64,000 nt of DNA from Candidatus Daviesbacteria bacterium (GTDB lineage: Bacteria; Patescibacteriota; Microgenomatia; Daviesbacterales; UBA10151). The first letter of the stretch is position 1. Each line of letters begins with the position of its first letter. The notes below the pieces were generated by a model that was not told where the DNA came from, made no database searches, and worked only from the letters and a program-made list of their open reading frames with translations. The position numbers were made by a program, and so were the translations under genes. The stretch is taken from contig JACPZA010000002.1 in assembly GCA_016195715.1 (NCBI GenBank), positions 43,246-107,245 on the forward strand, in the 5' to 3' direction. This document shows positions 18,564-28,678 of this stretch, in pieces.

Positions 18564-20202
18564 TATGGGAAAGAGAATAGTTTAAATTGGCATCAGTCTT
18601 TTTATGGGGATTAAAAATATCCTCTGGATCTAAAATATGTTTTATTTTTTTAAAAATTTCAAACATTTTACTTCCATACATTTTTTCTAAATAATAACCC
18701 CTAATCATTCCTTCGTTGTGTTCTGCGGATATTGAACCATGATAATCAAAAACTAATTGATTAACTTTTTCCTCAACTACGGGAATTTTTTCTATTTCTT
18801 TTTTATTTCGGAAATCCATTAACGGAATAATATGGAAATTTCCATCGCCCATATGACCGGCAATTGTATAATCAATTTGATTTTCTACTAAAATTTTTAT
18901 AAGTTTTGGAAAAAATTCAAGTAAATATAGAGGCTTAACAATAAAGTCATCAATAAAAGGAGCTGTGTGCTTATTTTTGACATTTTTGCGCAGTAAATTA
19001 AAACTTTCTCTTCTGATTGTCCAAAAATTTAAAGCTTTTTTATCCGTTTCGGCAAGCTCAATCCGGACTGGGTATTTAGACAAAATACTTTTAAGTTTTT
19101 CAATTCTTTGACTGATGTCTGTCGGGTTATCACTGTCAAATTCCACCAATAGTGTAAATTTGGGTAACCCTTTAGTTGCAAAATTTATTAAGTCAGGTAA
19201 AAATTGCAAACCCATATCAATGGTCCCTTTAAGTCCTAAGATCTTAATAAATTGGGGCATAAATTTTAAAGCTAAACTTAAGGTTCGATCGTCAAAAACT
19301 TCAAAACTTTCGGGCTTTGAGAGTAATACATCATTTATAATCTGAGGCAAAATACTCATATCATTTAGATAAATAACCAATAATCCGTTATGTTTTTTTG
19401 CTTCAATTAACCGCAGTTTTGCTTCAATATTTATCCCTAAAGTCCCTTGAGCTCCAATAAAAATTTTAGTTAAATCAAACTCTTTTTTTTCTTTATCCCA
19501 AACATCCCAAATATTGAAACCAGTTGAGTTTTTGCTAACATCAGGTTTAGATTGTTTTATTAATTCGTAATTTTCCTCGCAAAGTTGAAAGATTTTTTTA
19601 TAAATTCTTCCTTCAAAATCATCCTGTCTGATTTTTTTTAATAACTGCTGATAAGTTAATTTTTCAAACGAATACTCATTTCCATCGGCTAGAATAATTT
19701 TTAAGTTTTCTACATAATCTATGGTCTTACCATGAGCCAAAGTTTTCTCTCCGCCTGCGTTATTAGATATCATCCCGCCTAATGCACAGATGTTTTTTGA
19801 TGCTGGATAAGAAGGTAGAAATAAGCCTTTTTCAAGTGTTAATTTTTCAAAATCCCGGTAAAAAACCCCGGGTTGTACTACCGTTCCTTCAGCTCTAATC
19901 TCACCAATCTGGCTAAAATGCTTAGAAAAATCAACAATAATCGAATCGTTAATCGCTCCACCTGTCATATCCGTTCCTCCGCTTCTGGCGGTTAATGATA
20001 AATGGGGAAAATCTTGTTTATTTTCCGAAACAAATTTAACTAAATTAGAAACATCCTCGCTATCAAGCGGAAACACGATTAGTTGAGGAACAACTTCAAA
20101 TAAAGAAGTATCATGACTATAAAACTTTAAAGCTTTAGGGTCTGAAAGAATCTCCCCTTTAAAAAATTCCTGAATTTTTTTGGTTAAAGTCACAGTATCC
20201 AT
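18547..20202 (-). CDS. FAD-linked oxidase (GlcD / D-lactate dehydrogenase family, PCMH-type FAD-binding)
   Basis: N-terminal FAD-binding pattern LIVFPLDSEDVSNLVKFVSEN...LTARSGGTDMTGGA...ALGGMISNNAGG. C-terminal AEHNEGMIRG...ILDPEDIFNPHK. Confidence 0.8.
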   Translation of the reverse strand: MDTVTLTKKIQEFFKGEILSDPKALKFYSHDTSLFEVVPQLIVFPLDSEDVSNLVKFVSENKQDFPHLSLTARSGGTDMTGGAINDSIIVDFSKHFSQIGEIRAEGTVVQPGVFYRDFEKLTLEKGLFLPSYPASKNICALGGMISNNAGGEKTLAHGKTIDYVENLKIILADGNEYSFEKLTYQQLLKKIRQDDFEGRIYKKIFQLCEENYELIKQSKPDVSKNSTGFNIWDVWDKEKKEFDLTKIFIGAQGTLGINIEAKLRLIEAKKHNGLLVIYLNDMSILPQIINDVLLSKPESFEVFDDRTLSLALKFMPQFIKILGLKGTIDMGLQFLPDLINFATKGLPKFTLLVEFDSDNPTDISQRIEKLKSILSKYPVRIELAETDKKALNFWTIRRESFNLLRKNVKNKHTAPFIDDFIVKPLYLLEFFPKLIKILVENQIDYTIAGHMGDGNFHIIPLMDFRNKKEIEKIPVVEEKVNQLVFDYHGSISAEHNEGMIRGYYLEKMYGSKMFEIFKKIKHILDPEDIFNPHKKTDANLNYSLSHIRNHF

Positions 20203-20205
20203 TAT

Positions 20206-20670
20206 TTATTTGTTGCTAAGTAATCTTTCGCTGACAAACAGCAAACCTACAGCTTGAACTAAAAACATTAATAAATTAAGACTCTCTGTAGAAGGAGATG
20301 TCCAACCTGCTGCTAGCCAAAAAACCCCATTTAAAAACATCCCTCCGATTAAACCAGCTGCATATAATGAATATAGCAACTTAATCCCCTTACCTCCAAA
20401 CAATAAATAAACTGAGATACCAAATAAACTAAGGCCCACCATCAACTCCCCCCACATCGTTAATATTCCAAAAAAACCTGAACTGGGTATAGCAGTACTA
20501 TTTAAAAATTCTTTTACAAATGGATAGGGATTTTTACTGGCAAATTTGGTTAAACTCTCAGGTAATGAGGAAACAAAAGTTCCACCCTTAAATTTTCCAT
20601 AACTACTTCTTAGAAAAATAAACCCAAAGCTTAAAAAAATTAGATAAAGATACTTATGTACTTTATTCAA
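20206..20670 (-). CDS. Small integral membrane protein (4 TM, possibly DoxX-like)
   Basis: Hydrophobic profile only. Confidence 0.35.
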   Translation of the reverse strand: MNKVHKYLYLIFLSFGFIFLRSSYGKFKGGTFVSSLPESLTKFASKNPYPFVKEFLNSTAIPSSGFFGILTMWGELMVGLSLFGISVYLLFGGKGIKLLYSLYAAGLIGGMFLNGVFWLAAGWTSPSTESLNLLMFLVQAVGLLFVSERLLSNK

Positions 20671-20746
20671 TTTATCACCCCCTTTAAATTGTCTAGTTAA
20701 TAATAGATTAACATAAAAAGAGCCGGTTTAAAAAAAGTCTAGAGGT

Positions 20747-21718
20747 TTATTTCAAAGTACTTCCCATTAATATTCCGTTAGCAAAGTAATAACCAGTATC
20801 ACTGTTAGGCAAAAGATCATAGGTTTTATCATCCCAATAAGGAATAAGAACCACATTTGTAATAGTTGAACCATCATAGCTTTGTCCTGGTTGCAGTTGC
20901 CAGACTTGTTCTCCATTCACTGCCGGATGATTCGGCGAAACCCAAAGTTGTCTATTATCAGCTAAAGATAAATGAATTACTTGGTGATTGTTTGGTACTT
21001 TTGTTGATGATACCCGCACAATATCGACTATAATTTTTTTACCCTGGCTGTTTTGTGAATATACCTTCATTCCAACCCTTAAATCAGTAACATTAATTTC
21101 ACCTTTGGGTGTAGAAATTTTGGTGTTTGAAACCAGACAAATGGGACAGTTTCTTGGCTGATCAGCCAACTCTTTAATCTGACAAAAATATCCAGGAGCT
21201 TCGTTATCCCCCTGTCTAACAACTGGCGGGCCACAACCCTGAACACATTTATAGCCAGTAGGACAACTGGTATCATCCAAACCACTGCAGCTGCCTTCAT
21301 TAATTTTACTGGTACATTTGTCTTCATGACATATCAATCCAGAATAACAATCACTGGTAGTTTGGCAAAAGCCACCCTCGCTTAATTTACAAATTCCTTT
21401 AATAACCTTAGTTGAGGGACTACAAGAAGCAACAGAAGGGGTAAAACTTGTCCCAGAAGTTACCTGTCCGCCTGGACAAACAACACTAGTACTCTCTATT
21501 ACCTGACATTTATAACCACTTAAACATTCTTCATCGGTTGTGCAATTTGAATTTTCTACTAAACTAGTCGGCGATGGAATTGAGGAGTTAATAGGGTTAA
21601 TGATGTTTTGATCTTTACCTATATTTTTAATATAGAATGACCCGGCAATTAAAGTCCCAGAGATTACCAAAACACCAATAATTAAAATAACAAGCGGTAT
21701 AAAGCCTTTTGGAGACAT
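20747..21718 (-). CDS. Membrane-anchored, secreted Cys-rich repeat protein with C-terminal Hint (Hedgehog/intein-like, BIL-type) domain
   Basis: N-terminal TM. Three C-x3-(D/E)C-x-SG-x-C-type repeats (CTTDEECLSGYKCQV, CQTTSDCYSGLICHEDKC, CSGLDDTSCPTGYKC). The Hint N-terminal block is CLVSNTKISTPKGEINVTDLRVGMKVYS, and the Hint-like end is DTGYYFANGILMGS. Confidence 0.65.
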   Translation of the reverse strand: MSPKGFIPLVILIIGVLVISGTLIAGSFYIKNIGKDQNIINPINSSIPSPTSLVENSNCTTDEECLSGYKCQVIESTSVVCPGGQVTSGTSFTPSVASCSPSTKVIKGICKLSEGGFCQTTSDCYSGLICHEDKCTSKINEGSCSGLDDTSCPTGYKCVQGCGPPVVRQGDNEAPGYFCQIKELADQPRNCPICLVSNTKISTPKGEINVTDLRVGMKVYSQNSQGKKIIVDIVRVSSTKVPNNHQVIHLSLADNRQLWVSPNHPAVNGEQVWQLQPGQSYDGSTITNVVLIPYWDDKTYDLLPNSDTGYYFANGILMGSTLK

Positions 21719-21829
21719 TAACTAAATATTGGCAGAATTAATTTGAGTTTACAAATGGCTGTTAAAAATTTTATTTATAAAACTCTGTACTCAATTTTAG
21801 GAGTGTGGGCAGATATTTTCTTTCCTGGT

Positions 21830-23441
21830 TTATGGCGTAACTATGAGCAAAGCCAGTTTACCATTAGCTAAATAGATCTTATCTAATATCTGTCCGCTTT
21901 TAAGATCCTTTTCCTCTAAACTCCAAGGTGATCCAATAAAAAGCACTCCAATTTTTTTACGATCGTACGCCCAATTAATTGCCCTGATTGTATATTTATC
22001 AAAATGAACAAAGTCTTGCTTAAAGTTTTTAACTTCCTGCTGATAAGTAGCCGGATCATATTTTGAATAAAATAATATATACATATGGGGTATACTTACA
22101 ACATCTCCAGCCTCAGTTCCTCTTTTAGGATCATAAACTACTTCCGAATATTGATCTTTATGAGAGATAGCATAAAGTACGCTCTCTTTTGTCCCTTCCA
22201 TAAAAGCTTCTCCTTTATCCTGAGGAAAGTGAACTGCAAAAACCAGGAAAGTCTGGGTAAGAATGATCAAAATAAAAATTATATAAAATATGCTGATGCC
22301 AAATCTTTTTACCCGAGTTTGTCTTTTAAGCCATTCAAAACAAGCAATCAGCCCTACTGAAATTACCGCCATCAAAGCTGGTACCACCAATAAACTTCTT
22401 CCTGCATCAGTCACGTTATTGGTTAAAGATGCGGGGATAAAACCTAACCCTATCCAGGTTAAGAAAAATTGATAATTTGAAACTTTATCTCTGATTAACT
22501 TTATAAATCCAACAACCAAAAAAGGTAATTCAAAAAGATATAGCACCCCGAGACCAAGGTTTCCTTGAGTCATATTCAAGCCATTAAAAAACAGAAACCC
22601 GCTTTGATAATAGGTTAAATATCGCTTGATCCAAAAAAATGGTAACAACAGATTTTCACTGGCCAAAGGATTTAAACCTGGACGGATGTGATCCAAAATC
22701 ACATAACGGGTGTATTCTATATCCTGAGTTAAAAACACCATTCCAACCCTAGTATTAGCCTGACCGAAGATACTCATAAATAATAATGGCAAAGAGAATA
22801 TAGTAGCTAAAGTCAAAAAACAAATTAGTACTTTCTTATTAATACTTTTATATTTAACAATCAGCCAAAACAAACAGTGGTATAAACACTCTCTGGGAAT
22901 GATAAGTGTAGACAGATATTGATAAAAAGAAAGCGCTCAGGATCCACCAAAGTTTTCCCTGATCAAGCATTTTTTGAAAAAACCAGGCTCCAATTATTAG
23001 GAAAAATAAACCCATTAAGTGATCTGAGGCAAATCGGCTATAGTAAATATGCCAAGGTGATATTGTAATCAACATACTACCTAACAAAGCTATTTTTTTC
23101 TTCTTTAGAACTGAACTAATTAAAAAATAAAGAAGCGGTATTGATAACGTCCCTGCTAAGGCCGAAGAAAATCTAACTGAGAACTCATTTAAACCGAATA
23201 AGTAAATTGATGGCACCATGGAATAAATTAAGATCGGATTTTTATAATCGCCAACTGATTTAAAAAATAGCGGTAAAAAATTGCCGTATTGGTCACGGCC
23301 GGTCTTTAATATTGAATAGGCATCATAACCATATGCAACTTCGTCAATGTTTAGACTAGGTGGATTACTCGTCAGATGGTAAAAACGCAAAAAGCCTCCA
23401 ACGCAGGTTAATAAAAATAGTAATAAAAATATCTTTTTCAT
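21830..23441 (-). pseudogene. GT39/GT83 (ArnT/PMT-like) glycosyltransferase gene split by a +1 frame change into two ORFs (22854..23441 and 21830..22873)
   Basis: The upstream ORF has the canonical GT39 N-terminus (MKKIFLLLF...LNIDEVAYGYDAYSILKTGRDQYGNFLPLF) but is only 195 aa. The downstream ORF is open well upstream of its TTG 'start' and overlaps the first by about 20 nt. Together they are about 540 aa. Confidence 0.5.
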
Positions 23442-23650
23442 TGTTTATCAATTACAATATTTGATGCAGAGTTAGAAGATCTTTCATGTCTTATAAATTC
23501 TCTTTGATTGATATCAAATAGACCAACCACTAACTGAATACCCACTAAAAATAGACAAATTCTTAAAATTAATCTGGAGTTAAAGTTCTTTGAATTTAAC
23601 AACTTAGTTAAACCTAAAACTGTCATGTAAATAATGACTGGTTCAAACAA
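23438..23650 (-). CDS. Small membrane protein (2 TM), hypothetical
   Basis: ATGA overlap with the downstream GT39 N-terminal ORF. Hydrophobic. Confidence 0.3.
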   Translation of the reverse strand: MFEPVIIYMTVLGLTKLLNSKNFNSRLILRICLFLVGIQLVVGLFDINQREFIRHERSSNSASNIVIDKQ

Positions 23651-23748
23651 AACTAATCTGTTTAAATCGAGCGACCCTTTAGAGAGAAGCGACGGAATGA
23701 TTAAAACTAGGGATAAAAATAAATATTGTCTTAACTGTGAATCCGTTA

Positions 23749-24579
23749 CTACAAATAAAATCCCAGACTAAACGGAAGTATAAAACCCAGCAATAATGGA
23801 GGCATTAAAGAGAATTTAAGCAACTTTTCTTGGGATGTAAAATAGGTTTGTGGCAATAAGTTTTGAGAGATTTTTAAAAATCCATATTTTAATAAATATT
23901 CATATTTATTCTCGCTGATCTTAGAAATTTTAGAAAACCCACCCTTTTGGGATTGCCCCTGGTATTGATTGTTCAGATTCATTTCTCCCTGGTCTAAAAA
24001 AAATATTTCCTGCTGAAAAATGCTTTTAATCCCCGCTTGATTAGACAGGCTCAGGAAAATTAATGGTAATAGTAACAAAAGAATTAAATTATAGATTTTT
24101 GCGGGTTTAAATAAGTTTATAGCCCTAGAGATTAATATAAATATAAACAGTGATATTCCTAAAGTGAGAGAGCTATAAAATATAACTACTGAACTTAAAA
24201 TAATTAAAATCTTACCCAACCTGCTTCTGTGTTGGGTTAACCCCAAAACTATCAGTAAAACAAAAGTTAAAAGATACAAATAAAAAGAGTTAGCTACCAA
24301 AAGATAAGCTGACCAGGGTGATAAACAAAAAACTAAAGAAGCTAGATAACTATATTTAGGATTAATTCTTTTAGATATTTGAAAAATTATCCAAGGGTTT
24401 GACAAAGCTAAAATCAGTTTTATCACAAATGGTACTTTGAGTGAATGGGCGATCAATTCAAAAAACAACAAACCCTGATCCTCATAGTGGATTGGATAAA
24501 ACGATCTTAAAACAAAGGCAAAAAAAATAATATAAAAACTAAACCCCAGGAGAAAAAATTTAAAAGACTCTTTTTTCAC
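23749..24579 (-). CDS. Polytopic membrane protein, possibly a truncated GT-C-like glycosyltransferase
   Basis: 276 aa, multiple TM helices, N-terminal loop YPIHYEDQGLLF. It immediately follows secA on the same strand. Confidence 0.4.
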   Translation of the reverse strand: MKKESFKFFLLGFSFYIIFFAFVLRSFYPIHYEDQGLLFFELIAHSLKVPFVIKLILALSNPWIIFQISKRINPKYSYLASLVFCLSPWSAYLLVANSFYLYLLTFVLLIVLGLTQHRSRLGKILIILSSVVIFYSSLTLGISLFIFILISRAINLFKPAKIYNLILLLLLPLIFLSLSNQAGIKSIFQQEIFFLDQGEMNLNNQYQGQSQKGGFSKISKISENKYEYLLKYGFLKISQNLLPQTYFTSQEKLLKFSLMPPLLLGFILPFSLGFYL

Positions 24580-24596
24580 TTACCCAAATTTTAACA

Positions 24597-27392
24597 CTAA
24601 TTAGGATAATGACATCTCTTATATTTTTTACCGGAACCGCACCAGCAGGGATCATTTCGGCCAGGCTTTTTGCTATTTCTTAGCGCTCCATCTCCTCCAT
24701 AAACATTTTGAGAAACTACTTCTCCAGCTCTCTCCACTGTTACTTTGGTTACAGGAGTGGTTTCAACAGTTTGGATTGATGTATTGAATATTTCATCATT
24801 ACTTGAACCCTCAACTTTTACTTTAGTCTGACCATTACTCCCTCGATTTTCAGGAACACTTGGCATAAGTTGGCCAATCTCTTCTAAAATTTCTTTTTCA
24901 TCGAGTGCTTCCTGATGAGTTTCAACAGCCTTGGAAATGTCTATTCCAGGAGAGATAGCAATTGGTTGTTGGTTTTCGACAGCTATCTTATAAATGCGGT
25001 GCACCACCTCTGAATCAATATTGGCAATTAATCTTTCAAACAGTTCAAACCCTTCCTTTTTATACTCTACTAATGGATCTCTTTGAGCATAGCCTCGAAG
25101 TCCTATCCCAGCTCTTAAATCATCCATAGTATCTAAATGCTCAATCCACAAAGTATCAATGGTATTTAAATAAACAAAGCTTTCCATTTGCCGGGCAATC
25201 TCCATTCCAACTTGTTTTTCTCTGGTTTCGTATAGGTCTTTTGCCAATTTAATTAAAAACTCACTAACTTGTTCACTGGATTTAATAGCTTCAAGTTGAG
25301 TTTTTAGACTTTTTTTAGAATTTTCATCAAAGGGAATAATGGCAGAAAATTCTTCAATAATTTTATCTAGATCAAAGCTTTCTTGAGTGTAAACAGCCAC
25401 AATATTATTAATCTCTGTCTCGATTTTTTGTAAAATATCGTCTTTTAATCCATTAGTATTTTTACTAGTAGCAGCTTCCAAAATTTGTTTTCTCACACCA
25501 TAAATAATTTGGCGCTGTTGGTTCATGACATCATCATATTCAACCGTGTGTTTTCGGATATCAAAATTATGTCCTTCAACTTTTTTCTGAGCTGATTCAA
25601 TGGCTTTAGAAACCAGAGCATTTTCAATTGGGACATTTTCTGGCATTTTCAAAAAATTCATCACTTTGGCGACTTGATCACCACCAAAAATCCTCATTAA
25701 ATCATCCTCAAGTGAGACAAAAAATTTAGAAGTTCCGGGATCGCCTTGACGACCAGATCTACCTCGCAGTTGATTATCAATTCGCCTTGACTCATGACGT
25801 TCTGTACCAATAACATAAAGTCCTCCCAACCCATCAACTCCTTTACCAAGCTGAATATCTACTCCTCGTCCGGCCAAATTTGTAGCTACAGTTACAGCAC
25901 CCTTTTGTCCAGCTAAAGAGATAATCTCAGCTTCTTTTTCATGATTCTTCGCATTCAACAGGGCATGTGAAACACCTTGTCTTTTTAAGAGCTCTGATAA
26001 AAACTCATTTTTTTCAATTGATGTAGTACCAACTAAAATTGGTTGTCCGCTTTCATGAACTTTAGCAATTTCATCAGCCACTGCGCTGTATTTAGCAGTT
26101 TGAGTTTTAAAAATAGCATCCGGGTAATCTTTTCTAACCATGGGTTTATTAGTTGGAATAATGACTACCTCAAGTTTATAGATTTTATGAAATTCCTCCG
26201 CCTCAGTAGCCGCAGTTCCAGTCATACCAGCTAATTTTTCATACATCCTAAAATAATTTTGGAAAGAGATAGTAGCTAAAGTTTGAGATTCTTGTTGAAT
26301 CGCCACCCCTTCTTTAGCTTCTATCGCTTGATGTAACCCTTCAGAGTATCTTCTTCCTGGCATAAGTCTTCCAGTAAACTCATCAACAATAATTACCTCA
26401 CCATCTTTAACTACATAATCTCGATCTTTCTGAAAAAGAGTTTGAGCTTTTAAAGATTCCTCTAAGTGGTGCAGCGTGGAAAAATCTTTTTCATATAAAT
26501 TATCTACTCCCAAAATTTTTTCAATTTTAATTGTGACATGTTCTGTTAAATGAGCAGTTCTTAACTTTTCATCAATCACAAAATCAGTTTCTGGAGAAAG
26601 TTTTTTTATTAATTCAGCAAATTTTAAATATTTTTCAGTTGGCTCTTGAGCTGGTGCTGAAATAATTAGCGGAGTTCTGGCCTCATCAATTAAAATAGAA
26701 TCAACCTCATCAACAATGGCAAAGTAGTTTCCCCGCTGAGCCTGTGCATCCAAAGTTAGAGCCATATTATCCCGAAGGTAGTCAAAGCCAAACTCATTAT
26801 TTGTGCCATAAGTAATATCAGCAGAATAAGCTTCTTTTCTAGAAATGGGCTTTAAGTGCTTTAACCGCACATCATGAGCTTCTTTGTTGGAGAATTTTGG
26901 ATCATATAAAAAAGCTTGTTCATGAATAATACAGGCTGTGGTTATTCCCAGCAGATGATAAATTGGTCCCATCCAACCACAATCTCTTCTTGCTAAATAA
27001 TCGTTTACTGTGACAACATGGACGCCTTTTTGGGTGAGGGCATTTAAATAAACTGCTGGAGCAGCAGATAGAGTTTTTCCTTCACCAGTTTTTTGCTCAG
27101 ATATTTTTCCAGAGTGCAGTGCAGCTGCTGACATTAACTGTACATCAAAAGGCCGCTGTTTATTAGTGCGCATTGATGCTTCACGAACTAGTGCAAAAGC
27201 TTCTGGAAGAATCTGATCAAGAGTTTCACCTTTTTTTAATCTATCCTTAAGCTTGTCAGTTTTTTCTTTTAACTGTTTGTCAGTTAATTTTTTAACTTTA
27301 GATTCAAAATCATTAATGCTTTTAACAACTTCTGATAAACGGTTGACCTCACGGGCATTGGCATCAAGAAGTTTACTAAATATGTTCAACAT
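24597..27392 (-). CDS. secA: Preprotein translocase ATPase SecA
   Basis: MLNIFSKLLDANAREVNRL, DEVDSILIDEARTPLIIS and the DEAD-like motor motifs. C-terminal zinc-binding CWCGSGKKYKRCH. Confidence 0.97.
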   Translation of the reverse strand: MLNIFSKLLDANAREVNRLSEVVKSINDFESKVKKLTDKQLKEKTDKLKDRLKKGETLDQILPEAFALVREASMRTNKQRPFDVQLMSAAALHSGKISEQKTGEGKTLSAAPAVYLNALTQKGVHVVTVNDYLARRDCGWMGPIYHLLGITTACIIHEQAFLYDPKFSNKEAHDVRLKHLKPISRKEAYSADITYGTNNEFGFDYLRDNMALTLDAQAQRGNYFAIVDEVDSILIDEARTPLIISAPAQEPTEKYLKFAELIKKLSPETDFVIDEKLRTAHLTEHVTIKIEKILGVDNLYEKDFSTLHHLEESLKAQTLFQKDRDYVVKDGEVIIVDEFTGRLMPGRRYSEGLHQAIEAKEGVAIQQESQTLATISFQNYFRMYEKLAGMTGTAATEAEEFHKIYKLEVVIIPTNKPMVRKDYPDAIFKTQTAKYSAVADEIAKVHESGQPILVGTTSIEKNEFLSELLKRQGVSHALLNAKNHEKEAEIISLAGQKGAVTVATNLAGRGVDIQLGKGVDGLGGLYVIGTERHESRRIDNQLRGRSGRQGDPGTSKFFVSLEDDLMRIFGGDQVAKVMNFLKMPENVPIENALVSKAIESAQKKVEGHNFDIRKHTVEYDDVMNQQRQIIYGVRKQILEAATSKNTNGLKDDILQKIETEINNIVAVYTQESFDLDKIIEEFSAIIPFDENSKKSLKTQLEAIKSSEQVSEFLIKLAKDLYETREKQVGMEIARQMESFVYLNTIDTLWIEHLDTMDDLRAGIGLRGYAQRDPLVEYKKEGFELFERLIANIDSEVVHRIYKIAVENQQPIAISPGIDISKAVETHQEALDEKEILEEIGQLMPSVPENRGSNGQTKVKVEGSSNDEIFNTSIQTVETTPVTKVTVERAGEVVSQNVYGGDGALRNSKKPGRNDPCWCGSGKKYKRCHYPN

Positions 27393-27481
27393 CGCAGGTT
27401 CTAATTATACACAAGGTTTGAGTTTGTTACCATTGACAAAGATTGACCCCAAAGAATAAACTAAACTAGTAATAAACTGCC

Positions 27482-28678
27482 ATGGATGATTCTGCCAACC
27501 CTAACAACACTTCCACCCTAAGTAATCCTGGGGATCAAGCCATCTCTAATCCTGAGGCTATTTCTCCTACTCCTCAAGCAGTTAGTGATTTCTCGGCTTC
27601 TCAAACAGCTGCTCCAATTGATCCTAATACTTTAACCCCAGCTCAACCTTCATCTCCCCCCCAATCTCCTCCTCAAACTTTATCTACGCCACCTCTAAGT
27701 GATGCTTCCTCATGGTCTACGCCATCATCCCCGGCCAATGAATCAACAAATGCTTTAAATGTTAATCCTACCTCTCCCGCTTTCAATTTCCCAAACCCTT
27801 CACCAACACCTCAACAAAATACACTACCAGAGCAACCTGCTCCGACATCCACATTACCTAGCTTTAACGATGTTTCTAATCCAACTCCTCCAAGTTCTAT
27901 CAGTGAACAACCAAATGCTTCAACGATTACTCCACTAGATTCAAACCCTAGTCTTTCTCAACCTCAAAGCGCTCCTAACCCCTTTGAACAAACTTCCCCT
28001 ATTTCTTTAGATCAAACTCCTCCTGTTACTCCAACACCGACCTTTGCTCCTGGAAATGAACTTTATCCAAGTAATCAATCAGCTTCTTTTGCATTTGATA
28101 CAGCAGTGGGAGCAAACCCTCCCAATCCTTTAGCTGAAGAAACAGTTCCATCTGCCCCACCAAGTCTAGAACAAACAGAACCTGCTCCTACTGATTTATC
28201 TCAATTGACAGCAAATGCTGGCGCTACTCCATCTACAGATATTTATAATCCAACTGTTTCTGCTCCTGAAACTTTAGTTGTTCCAGCTGAGCCAAATGCA
28301 ACTAACCCAACTGCAGTTTCGGCCATGCCTCATAAAACCTTGCCATTACCTGCAATAATTGGAGCAGTAATAGTTATACTAGCTGTAAGCGGCGCTTCGG
28401 GCTATTTTATCTTGGGGATAGGTAAAAACTCTCCGCCCTCAACTCCAACTTCTTTGCCTATTTCCAAACAAGCTCCTTTAACTAATCCACCTAAACAAAC
28501 TCCAACCTCAACACCAAATGTGAATCAACTTATTCAAAACCCTTCAATTTCAACTGGATCATCAAGTTTTGGAGCATTAAATGGTAGCGCTAGCCCAACC
28601 CCAACTCCTACCAAAGCTGCAACTTCTGCTGCTGATTTATTAAAAGCTAAACAAGCTAGCTCTTCTGCTACTCACTAG
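27482..28678 (+). CDS. Pro/Ser/Thr-rich low-complexity protein with a single TM helix near the C-terminus (surface/envelope protein)
   Basis: About 300 aa of PTPS-rich disorder, then LPLPAIIGAVIVILAVSGASGYFILGI, then another P/S/T-rich tail. Confidence 0.45.
   Translation: MDDSANPNNTSTLSNPGDQAISNPEAISPTPQAVSDFSASQTAAPIDPNTLTPAQPSSPPQSPPQTLSTPPLSDASSWSTPSSPANESTNALNVNPTSPAFNFPNPSPTPQQNTLPEQPAPTSTLPSFNDVSNPTPPSSISEQPNASTITPLDSNPSLSQPQSAPNPFEQTSPISLDQTPPVTPTPTFAPGNELYPSNQSASFAFDTAVGANPPNPLAEETVPSAPPSLEQTEPAPTDLSQLTANAGATPSTDIYNPTVSAPETLVVPAEPNATNPTAVSAMPHKTLPLPAIIGAVIVILAVSGASGYFILGIGKNSPPSTPTSLPISKQAPLTNPPKQTPTSTPNVNQLIQNPSISTGSSSFGALNGSASPTPTPTKAATSAADLLKAKQASSSATH

Noticed and set aside
16186-27459. 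Short embedded ORFs 16186..16371, 17164..17373, 19115..19345, 21079..21327, 22085..22360, 22290..22472, 26043..26234, 27253..27459
   Set aside because: Each lies inside or antisense to a confidently assigned gene (nnrD, membrane protein, FAD oxidase, Hint protein, GT39, secA). No independent support.
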